NCBI RefSeq assembly: GCF_009834535.1
Contig: NC_045696.1
Location: 17,548,001 to 17,612,000, forward strand
Source: Camelus ferus
Taxonomy: Eukaryota
Direction: 5' to 3'
DNA: 64,000 nt
The first letter of the stretch is position 1; the number at the start of each line of letters is the position of its first letter. The notes below the pieces were generated by a model. It ran no database searches. It was not told where the DNA came from and saw only the letters and a list, made by a program, of their open reading frames with translations. Shown piece by piece: positions 12,946 to 23,832 of this stretch. Both the position numbers and the translations under genes were made by a program.

Positions 12946-13646
12946 TTTTATTGAAGTATAGTCAGTTTATAATGTTGTGTCAGTTTCTGGTGTACAGCAC
13001 AGTGCTCCAGTCATACACGAATATACATATATTCATTTTTATATTCTTTTTCACCATAAGCTACTACAAGATATCAAATATAGTTCCCTTTGCTATACAG
13101 TATAAACTTGTTTATGTATTTTATATATACACCAGTCAGTAACTGCAAATCTAGAACTCCCAAGTTTATCTCGTCCCAACCCTTTCCCCCGGAAACTATA
13201 AGTTTGTTTTTATGTCTGTGAGTTCGTTTCTGTTTTATATGTAAGTTCATTTGTCTGTTTTTTTTTTTTTAAGATTCCACATATGAATAATATCATATGG
13301 TATTTTTCTTTCTCCTTCTGGCTTACTTCACTTAGAATGACATTCTCCAGGGCCATCCATGTTGCTGCAAATGGCATTATTTTATTATTTTTTATGGCTG
13401 AGTAGTATTCCTTTGTATAAGTTTACCACAACTTCTTTATCCAGTCATCTGTTGATGGATATTTAGGTTGTTTCCATGTATTGGTTATCATAAATAGCGC
13501 TACTATGAACATTGGGGGTGCATGTGTCTTTTTGAATTAAGTTTCCCCCTGGATATATGCCCGAGAGTGGATTGCTGGATCGTATGGTAAGTCTATTTTT
13601 AGTTTTTGGCAGAATCTCCATATGTTTTCCATAATGGCTGTACCAA
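12946..13646 (-). mobile_element. Young 5'-truncated L1 (~700 bp) with 15-bp TSD
   Basis: L1 3' UTR and ORF2 end. TSD cataaaactgatatt (12931-12945) vs catacaactgatatt (13647-13661), one mismatch. Confidence 0.95.
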
Positions 13647-13982
13647 CATACAACTGATATTGATCTTAATGGAAACACTTTGAGAATAAAGGAGGCAGTG
13701 ATCCAAGATGAGAACCTGATGCTCCATTTTGTGGGACTCCTAGGTTCAAGGGTGAAACCAGGCCTCAGGAGGGTTGGCAAGGGACTGAGTCATCCAGTGT
13801 TCTACTGTAGTTGGGGCTTGACCTACCCACAAGAGGAGGGGCCTCATTCATTCTTCTCAAGATCCCACCATCTGCTCTGTCCCTGGAATGGAGTGTCCAA
13901 GTCTATTTCCAGGAACTCTATTTTGACCCACAATGGCCCAGAATTTTTAGTTAAAATCAATGACACATTGATTCTTCTCTGT

Positions 13983-14080
13983 CTTCCTTTTCTCCTCCTC
14001 CTCTTCCAACTGCTCCTCCTCCTCCTCTTCTTCTTTTTCTTCTTCTTCTCCTTCTCCTCTCCTCCTCCTCTCTTCTTCTT
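13983..14080. repeat. (CCT/CTT)n pyrimidine microsatellite
   Basis: Directly visible imperfect trinucleotide tract. Confidence 0.9.
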
Positions 14081-16865
14081 GATTTATAATCACTTAATTT
14101 ACAGTCTCAGGACAGCACTTTTTCTCTAAGCTTATTTAACTTTATCAAGATAATAATTTAAGATCAGGGAACCAGAACCCTAACAGATTAAAGTACAGTT
14201 AATCCACATCAAGTCAAATCTTCACCAAGATGAGATCAGTGAGTATTATGCACACCCTGGAACTGACGGGGCCTCTATTATGGAAATGTCCTTTTTACTT
14301 TTATACTTTAATGATTTGTTACTGGGATTTTTTTGAGTCTATTTAGAAAATGGCTCATTCCTATTAGAGAATGTCAATTGCTTAAAAGGTAATCTTAAGT
14401 GATAATATTATCTTAAGATAAGATGAAGTAAATTATTAAAAATTAAAGTATACATTAAATTTAGAGAGTGTTTGAGGGGGGAAAGATTCAAGTTTAGTTT
14501 AGTCTGGAAGATATCTGATATAAGCTTACCTGCTATAAGCAATGCATATATGCTCCTGCCCTTGCCCAGAAAAAATACTCTCCTCCAATTTCTTCTGTAT
14601 AAAGGAAGGCCCTCTCTGTGGAGCACTGAAATAGACTTCAAGTTTCCAGATATGACACATTTTAAAATAAGTCATACCTGATAATAACATCATGGCATTC
14701 TCAGTCTTTTATATTTATAATAGTCTGCCTCAACCTTGTTAAAAAACCAAAATACAAGTAAAATATGTTAGTAAATACTAAGAAATACTAGTTTAAATAC
14801 AAAGATTCCAATTAAATGTCTCATTAGTTTTTTTATTCCTTCCCAAGAATAATTTAAAACTCTGATGTAATTGTAAAGTTACAGTTGATTTTTATTTTGC
14901 TTGTTATTATTGTGTTATTAATTTATAATTAAAGAAGGTTCACCCTCTTCATAGTGGATATTATGTCTCTGTGTTATAAATTTGTGTATCCTCATTGTTT
15001 AATATCATTCTGACATTTAGTAAGCATCACACAAATACATTTGTTGAATGAACCAATGAATCAATAAGAATGAATAAATGTTAAGAATTTATAAATAATG
15101 AATAAAGATAAGAATGAATAAATATTAAGTCTGAGAGTGTAGATTAGACTGTCTGTTGCCCAGCAAGGGAGAGATTTATAGACAAATCCCAGTATATTCA
15201 GAATCTGTTAGCAATATGAAGGGAGTAGTTTTTTTGTTTCTGCTGTTTGTGTAATTATGTATTCTCCATGAGTTTAATCAGCATTCACCATACAGTTTGT
15301 AAACAAGTGTAATTTATTGGAATATCTGGGTCCAGGTTCCCTTGATCCTCTAAATGAATACAATCACTTAAACCTCATTTCCCCAATGTTACTTAAAACG
15401 GTACGAACCAACAACAAAGATCCTACCGGTCAAATGCTTAACATCTAACATATACTTCCATTGGCCTGGCTTTTGGCTCCATTGAATTCATTGACAAAGG
15501 AACCATTTGTTTTAAAAGAGGTAATAGGATTACCCTAAGATATGTAGGGAAAATGACAGGTCTTGGACCTCTTGACTTGGTAAAAATACTGCAAGGTTTA
15601 ATTTTCTTATGTACTTATCAACTTTCTCCTTTATAGTATGTAGATTTGACTTGACTTTTCTTAAAGTCATGACTAAATGCTCTAACTTGGTAAACATTTA
15701 GCGAATTTTCTGGCCTTCTGTATCTTCTCTACACAAATTAGTTTGCAAGAAACAGTGTCAGGCCTCTCTTTTCTCATACCTTGTATCCCTAACCATCTGC
15801 AAAATGTTTAAAATAAATAAATAAATGCAAAACTGATGTTAAAGAAAGAGTGAGATTTTGATCTCAATTATGCAGCTCAACCAGTTCCTGGGTGTTGATA
15901 GTAATTAAAATCACCAGATTCTTGTTCAGTCTTCTGCTTCTGTTTGCCTGTGTGAACACAATGTAGTACAGGCTTTTGCTGTATTTTGGTAGATTGCTAG
16001 AGCTTCAGAGAATAGCTGAAGCATTTTATCTATGTTTGTGTAAAATCTAATTTTAGATTGAGGGTCTTCTTATTTATATCTTTTGCTAAAGAAACTAGCA
16101 GGACTGAACTGTCTCAAGAGAAATGCTGTGTATGTCTCCAACGAACAGCGTATACTCAGATCTGGTGTTTTGTCTTACGAAATTCAATATTTCCTTTCTT
16201 TAGGAGAAGAAATAATGATTTAGCAATGCTTTGCAGCAAGTAAGACTTTGAGTGGAATAAATGCATGCATTCTAGTAGTCCATTTTGCAAAGGCTTTCCA
16301 GGAGTTTAGACAATAGGTGCTCTTTTTTATTTTATTTTATTTTATTTTTTGTTTTGCTTATACAGCTTTGCAGGGAAATACTTAAGAGCAAAATTAATTC
16401 TACAAAAATTTTCCTCATTATCAGCTTGCATTTTTTTTTTTTTTTGAGTAGAAGTGAAACTTTTCTTAAGACTATCTGCAACTTGTCTTTTTGTTTTTAG
16501 TGACACTCCTTATATGTCCTTCTGCCTTTTCAAGTCGAGAGGTTGAAGGAGAAAGAGTCAAGAATTTTATTCAAAAACACTCAAATTTGTGCTGTTCCAA
16601 GGCCACAAATAAAAGTTCCTGGCCGGGTCACTGTTGGTCATTGGCCAAAGGAGAGGTGCCGTGGTGACAGCTCTAATCCCCATAGTGCAGCTAAGTGATG
16701 TGTTTTCCAACTGTGAAAAATCATATGCAGCATTTTGCCTATAACGTGTGTCATAATTAAAACCAAATCTTGATCATATTTGTACCAGATAAAGTCTCAG
16801 CAGGAAACAGCTCATTCAGACTTGGCACTGAAAAGATAATTGAATAATAGTATTATTGTTAGAGG

Positions 16866-17545
16866 TGTAGTCAGAGTTTAGGTCAACTAGCAGCAGGGGA
16901 CAGTAGGACTGAAAACAGCAGGGACACTTCACCAAGCCTGGACTTGAAGAGTTGAGGTCAGTGACAGGAATCCAGAAAGAATAGCTACACGGTGAGGGCT
17001 GCCTCACAGGAGATGGAATTTTCGGTACAGAGATGCAGCTGCCCCAATGACTTTTTTTCTTTTTTTGTTTTATTTTGTTTTTTTATCAAAGAAATTATTT
17101 GCATGTACATAAACAGGCTTTTGTAATGTTTTGGGGGGAAAAGCACAGAATTTTGTCTACTTTCAAAAAAATGAAAAACCTCAGAGTATTTACATAATGG
17201 CCATATATACAGAAAATCAAATCTGAAAGATTTTTCAGAAAAGAACCTCCCCAACTGCTCCCGATGTACATTTGTAAAACTCACGATTTAAAGCTCAGCT
17301 TTTACAACTGAGCATGTTTCCCACCCTTGTCTCTGAGACGGCTGGGGCTAATGAGTACCAACATGTCTTTTTCCTCTCGTCCTCTGGATCTCCTTTCAGA
17401 GTCACCAGTTGGCCAAACACAACTGGAGAACAGAGCATAAATCAACTTGCTGTGGCAGTGTACATAGTTTAGCCTTCAGGATGCACAGAACAGTACAGAG
17501 GGTAGAGAACGGATGCGGAGGGACAGACAAAGCCATCCATCACCA
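16866..17545 (-). mobile_element. ERVL LTR33-like solo LTR split by an insert at ~17052-17320
   Basis: 5' part tgtagtcagag...gagatgcagctgcc; 3' part ttggccaaacacaactggagaacagag...cacagaacagtacagagggtagagaacggatgcggagggacagac. Confidence 0.55.
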
Positions 17546-17569
17546 TCTGTGTGGTCCTATGTGATCAGA

Positions 17570-18010
17570 TCATGTTGGTTTCTACCATTTCTACTGCACG
17601 CCATTTCTTACCACTTAACGTGCTTCATCCTTTCCTCTGACCACCACAGCCTTCTTTCTTTTCCTACCAATGAAATAGCTGTCCCCTCTAAGGTCTCTGA
17701 ACATTATGTTCTATCCACCAGGAAAGGCTTTTCCAGATCTTATGTTGGCTGACTCGTACCATTTAGGGACATTACATTTGTCACCGCCTCATTGAGGCCT
17801 TCCACAACCACCCAGAACTGCCTCTGCTACTTGGTCACTCTCAACACATCATATTTTTCATTTTCCTCACAGCAGACACACACCATACAATCGCCTTGTT
17901 CATTTATTTGTTGCCTTGCTCATTTATGAGAATTCAGGTTTCTAGTGTAAGGACATTGTCTGGCTTGTTGACCAAGAATGTCCAGTGTTTGGAAGAATCT
18001 GTGGCCCAGA
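17570..18010 (+). mobile_element. L2 3' region
   Basis: gaggccttccacaaccaccc, ttcctcacagca, cttgttcatttatttgttg, aggacattgtctggcttgttgacc. Confidence 0.7.
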
Positions 18011-19829
18011 TATAATTGAATTCACATATCCAGCCTCCTCTTTTAGTGGCTAGGAAACCTCTGGTACAGGTGTGTCCAAATTCATAGATATTATACGGTT
18101 AAGGGACAAGCTCAGTTATCCTGAAGGCCACCAAGTATCACCACTAAATTATACTGCTTTCTAATGCTGCAATTTGAAAGACAGTAAGGTGTTGCTTATG
18201 ACCTGTTAGAGTTAATGAAGTATTAGAAGTTGACTCATTCGAGAACAAGCGCTTAATTTATGAATGTAGAAAATTCTAAGTCAGTGTTAGTTGTAGAGTG
18301 GAAAAAATAACTCAAAATGTTAACTCCAGGTCAGTAAGTCTATATAACGATTATTTATGTTTATGCCTTAATTTTTAATATATTCATATCTACCACATTA
18401 CACATAAAAAGCAACTTCTGATATGCATTTCTATCCATGATGCCTGGGCAAAACCAGAAATGACTTGGTTGATGAAGTGTTTCCTGTTTGTTAAAACAAA
18501 ACAAGACAAAACAAACAAATAAAAAATTCTACTTTCAATTCCTGCCGAACAGAAACTATACAAGTCATTTTATATTTCAATTAAGTCTCATCCCTCCCCT
18601 TTCTTGCTCTGCCTTCTGAATCACATCCAATTGCAAGGTGGAGGGTGAAGGCACCCTTGGAATAAAATGTGGACTTTTTAAATTTTCATTTACATAGTCA
18701 TTCCCACTATCCTTCCACAGCTTCTGTTACACATAATGAAAACAAAAGCTGATGAAGATGTTTTTATGAAAGGTCAAATGAGTGGCAGTAGAAACTGGGA
18801 AAGAGGAAAGAGAAAGCAAAATAGCAAAATATTTGTAAGCATTCACAGTAACCTTGTTTCCACAATTTCTTTTCACGTGTAATTCCACTGGGAGCAACCC
18901 TTCTGCTTGGCGTCCTTCCTACCTTGCTGCACACACTTCTCTCTCCCATCTGCTTCTCCTTATTTTACAAAAAAAAAGCTATGTGCAGAGGGGAAGATAA
19001 GCCCCAGTTTAATGTTTTTACTATTTTGTCAAAATTTTTCATGTTTCATTCATTGCATTCATTTTATAATTTGTGTCTTTGTTGGCTTGGGAAAGGAGAC
19101 ACTGTTTTCTCCATCATTATTTCATTCTATTGGTTTTTTTTCTTCCAAAGCATCCAAGCTTATAACATTTACCAGCCTTGTTTTCTTTTACCTCACTCAG
19201 CTGGGCAACAGAGGGGCCAGAGATTTTCATACTCATGGCTGGAGATGAAGACACCGAGCGCTTCAAATTCGTTCTGATAACTCATTTTGTTGAAAGCTCT
19301 AAAACACTTTGTTAGAGAACTCCACTCTCACCCCAAAACTGCTCATAATTTTGCAATTAAACTGTGATCTCAGACTGGACTTTTAGTTGTGTTTGCATTT
19401 GATATCAGTTATTATTTAAAACTATGGCTGAAATAAGATTAATGACATTGTATCTATGTCAGCAAACAGTGTAGGGATGTTGAAAACAATGTAGATCCAA
19501 AACCTCTTTAAATTTTAAAACACGACTATTTAAAACCTTTTCTCTTAGGAAGAAAAAAGGTTAAAAGAGCCTGTTGCCACACTGTAGCATCTACTAACTT
19601 CTCTACTGGGACATCCACATTTATAATCTTTCAGTGTTGATTTACGTTATATGTTTTGGTTATGAAAAAAATAGATCAGTTTGAAATAGAGTATGAAACT
19701 AGTATTCTTGTCCTCTTGGAACTATTGCTCACATGAAGGAAATGATAGCAATCTTGTCTTCATTGTCTGGCTAACGGTAATTAACTTGAATTCTGCTAAG
19801 TGGTTTATTCCTTTATTGATTGTGAGATA

Positions 19830-19944
19830 TTTTTTATTGTTATTTGGGGGGGGCGATAAATAGATTTATTTATTTATTTAGCTGATTAGTGGAGGGACTT
19901 GGGATTGAACGCAGGACCTCTACCACTGAGCTGCATTCTCCCCC
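19830..19944 (-). mobile_element. tRNA-derived SINE (vic-1-like) with internal deletion
   Basis: tggagggacttgggattgaacgcaggacctc|taccactgagctgcattctcccc with (ATTT)n tail. Confidence 0.88.
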
Positions 19945-19945
19945 A

Positions 19946-20127
19946 CTTTTTTTTCTTTAAATTGAAGTACAGTCAGTTACAATGTGTCGATTTCTGGTGT
20001 ACAGCATAATATTGCAGCTAAATATATACATACAGTCATTTTCATATTCTTTTTTATTATAGGTTACTAACATATTGAATATAGTTCCCTGTGCTATGCA
20101 GAAGAAATTTCTTTTTTTTAATCTATT
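19946..20127 (-). mobile_element. Short young L1 3' end
   Basis: ttgaagtacagtcagttacaatgtgtcgatttctggtgtacagcataat...aatatagttccctgtgctatgcag; homologous to 12946 and 43066 copies. Confidence 0.9.
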
Positions 20128-21919
20128 GCTGTTGTTTTATTTTAAAGGTTAAGAAAGGCCTAATTTTAAAAAAGTATGAATTTTCAAGCTTAAGAAAAGT
20201 TGGAATGTGATTATGATTATGTTAAATGAAAGTTAACATGTATTCCAAATCAAGTATAAAGCGTTGAAGTCCATTTTTTGTATTTCTTTAGCCAGTAGAT
20301 TCAGCACCATTTGTAGAAAAGATCATCCATTCTCAATTAAATTTCTTTGATGCCTTTGCTTGAAATCAATTGAATGTATGGGCTTATTTCTGGATTCTCT
20401 GTTTTGTTCTATTAATCTGTATCTGTCCTTTTGCCACTTCCAAACTCCTACACTGTCTTGACTACTGTAATTTTAGACAAAGTCTTGGAGTCAAGCAGTG
20501 TAAGTCTTCCTAATTTGTCTTTCTATTTAAAGATTGTTTTGGTTAGTTTTGATCATTTTTATTTTCATATACATTTTAGGATATACTGTCCAAGTCTCAA
20601 AAGAAAGCATATTGGAATATTCATTGGGATTGCATTTCATCTATACATGAATTTTGGAAGAATGAACATTTTAATATTACAATCTAAGTATATTGTATAC
20701 TTCTTTCATTTATTTTTATTTGTTCTGGAGGCTAAGATAGCCAGAGGAATATTTTATTGAATTGATGACAGGAGTTTTTTAAATTTTTCCTTATCTTGAG
20801 ATGGGAAGAGTGTTCACTATTTTACAATTAAATATGATGTTAACACTAGGTTTCTTGTAGACTCCACTTATAAATAAGATTGAAGAAATTCCCTCCTATT
20901 ACCAATTTTCTGATGATACTGTTCACTTATTTTATTTAGTAACTTACGTCTACTGGGGTGGTTATATCATTTTCATTTTTAATCTGCTAATATGGCAAAA
21001 TATATTGTTTGATTTTCAAATATTGAAACAAAGTGCATTTTTGAGATAAACCTCACTTGATTATTAAGTTAGACTTTTTCTAATATAGAGATTCATTCAA
21101 ATTGCTAATGTATTGGTAAGGTTTCTTCTGTCTATCATCATGAATGACATTAGACTATAATTTTCTGTTCCTATAATGTGTTTGTCAGGTTGACACATCA
21201 GTGGGGGATGTTTCTCTCTTCCTCAGTGTTACCATAAATAGTTTTTCTAAGATTTCAATACTTCTTCCTTAAATGAACCACAGAATTCACACCTCATGTT
21301 ATCTGGCGATGGACGTTTTTCTTTGTGGAATTTTTTAAAAATAGAAATCTTAATTTACTTCACAGGTATAGTCCTAGTCTGATTTTTTATTTATTAATCT
21401 TTTGTGACAGTCATGGTAGGGTCTACTTTTCAAAGAATTTTTTTTCAATATTACCTATAGTGATGAATTAATTGACGTAGAGTTTTTCATAATAGTATTT
21501 TATTTTAATTCTGGTATGATCTCTATCTTATCATCTCTCTTTTATTTTATTCCTGGTAGTAATTGTTTCATTTTCTCTCTCTTTTTTTTCATTTCCAATC
21601 TTCCTTAAGTTTCTCATAGAAAAAACTTTTTATTAATATTTTATATTGTTTTGTGTTTCATTGATTTTTGCTCTTATATTTATTATTCCTTTCCTTATTC
21701 TCACTTTGTGTTTAATTTTCTCTTCATTCTCTAGCTTTTTATGATGAAAACAGTTCAGTGATATTGAACCTTTCTTATTCCTAATATAAAAATTTAAAGC
21801 TACGTAATTAAAGCTAGAGAAGTAACCCACATATTTTAATATGTTGTGACTTCATTTCATTCACTTTCCAAATCCTTTGTAATTTCTTCTTCGATCCATG
21901 GATCATTTAAAAATGTATG

Positions 21920-22251
21920 TGTACTAGTCTGATTGGGCCCCCATAACACAATACCACAGCTGGGAAGCTTATAAACAACAGAAGTGTTCTTAACCATCCT
22001 GTTGACTGGAAGTTTAATATCAGGGTGCCAGCCTGGCCGGGTGAGGGCCCTCGTTCAGGTCACAGACGTCCGCATTGCATCCACACGTGGTGGAAAGGGC
22101 TAGGGAGCTCTAGAATCTGTCATTAAGATGCTAGTCCCAAACATGAGGACTCACTAGACCTAAGTGCCTCTCAAAGGCCCCAGCTCCTAATGCCATCATC
22201 ATGGGGTTTAGGTTGTTAACACAGAAATGTTGGAACATTCAGGCCATAATG
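21920..22251 (-). mobile_element. MLT1A-like MaLR solo LTR nested in old L1
   Basis: cataacacaataccacag, ttataaacaacagaa, cagggtgccagc, ggtgagggccctc, caaaggccccagctcctaatgccatca, aacattcaggccata. Confidence 0.88.
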
Positions 22252-22370
22252 AAGTGTAGTGTGTATGTATGTGTGTGTGTGTGTTTAATTTCCAGATATT
22301 TGGGTCTTCTCTAATTGATTGCTTTTTTTATTATTTTAAATTAATCCATGTGGTCAAAGAACATACTATT

Positions 22371-22505
22371 CTTCCTTCCTTCCTTCCTTCCTTCCTTCCT
22401 TCCTTCCTTCCTTCCTTCCTTTCTTTCTTTCTTTCTTTCCTTTCTTTCTTCTTTCTTTCTTCTTTCTTTCTTTTTTTTGTTTGTTTGTTGTTGTTGTTTG
22501 TTGTT

Positions 22506-22543
<38 letters not shown>

Positions 22544-22580
22544 TTCCTTCCTTCCTGCCTGCCTGCCTGCCTGCCTGCCT

Positions 22581-22638
<58 letters not shown>

Positions 22639-22785
22639 TTCCTTCCTTCCTGGCCCTGCCTTCTTCCTTCCTTCTTTTCTCTTCTTTCTTCTTCTTCTTT
22701 CTTTCTTTCTTTCTTTCTTCTTTTCTTCTTCCTTTCTTCCTTTCTCCCTTCCTTCCTTCCTTCCTTCTTTAACTCTTTTTTTTTA
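22371..22785. repeat. Compound (CTTC)/(CTTT)/(GTT)/(CCTG) microsatellite, ~415 bp
   Basis: Directly visible; source of three low-complexity ORFs. Confidence 0.98.
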
Positions 22786-23339
22786 AGGCGTATTATGGTT
22801 CAACATACTGTCTATTTTGGTGAAATTCCTCTGTGAATTCTGAAAAATTGGATATAGTATTATATACATTTCAATTCAGGTAAGTTGCCAGATAAAGATA
22901 ATGTTTTTAAAATATTCTATGTGCTTTTTAATATTTTATCTAGTTCTATCAATTTCTGATAAATGTGTTTTAAAATACTAAATTACGAGAGTAAAATTGT
23001 CTAATTATTCCTTAAGTCATCTCTATTTTGGCTTCAAGTATTATAAAGTCCTAATTTTCAGTACATATATATTCCATCATAGTATATATTGCTGGTAAAA
23101 CTGCCCTTTTACCAATACAAAAAGTTCCTCTTTGTGACTGGTAATACTCCTTGTCTTGAAATCTGTATTGTCTGGTATAATTACAGACGCTCTTGCTTTC
23201 TTATTTTTACTATGTGCATGCCTTTTTCAACCCTGTTACTGTCACTCTATCTGATTTTTTTATGTTTAAATTGTTTTTTTTTTCTATGAGACCTCTTATA
23301 CTTGAAACTTTATTTAAAAATCCAGCCAGGCCATTTAAG

Positions 23340-23832
23340 TGTGAGACCTGAAATTAAGATTGAATATTAAGTAGTGTCTTGACGTCTGGTAACATGGGGA
23401 AGGTCTCAGATAGCCTACCCACCAGTTTCCCTCCCACCTCGGCTGCAAGATCAGGTTCCCTTGCTGACCAAACCCCTTTTGTCAGGGAGACCAGACACAG
23501 TGCCTGCTTATTCCTAGGAGCAAGCCTCAGCTTCCCGCCAGCGTGTGGAATTGTTTGAGTTTGCTAATAACATCTTTCCTCAGAAAACCAGGGTCACGCC
23601 ACCCTCTTTTTACTACAAAGCCCACCTCTCCAAGCCTTTGCTAATTCACTGTTCCTTTGTGCAGCCCCGTGTGGCCCTGCCTGGCAAGCAGTGCCCTCTC
23701 CCCCAGGCTGTGAGTCTGCGGGTATGAATCGCAGTCCATCGCATCTGTCCCCTGCCAGGCATTGTTTGTTCAATGGTTTCATGTCATGTAAAGGACGAGC
23801 TCCCTCCCTTACCTACAGAAGTGGGAAAAACA
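23340..23832 (+). mobile_element. ERV-type solo LTR (~490 bp) nested in old L1
   Basis: GC-richer block with TG(tgagacc)…(aaaaa)CA termini interrupting L1 sequence; family not identified, TSD not evident. Confidence 0.65.

Noticed and set aside
13680..14129. 149-aa ORF
   Set aside because: Non-ATG start, C-terminal part is the CCT/CTT microsatellite, no recognisable homology.
22269..22836. Three overlapping ORFs of 101-167 aa
   Set aside because: Translations of the CTTT/CTTC microsatellite, which lacks stop codons.
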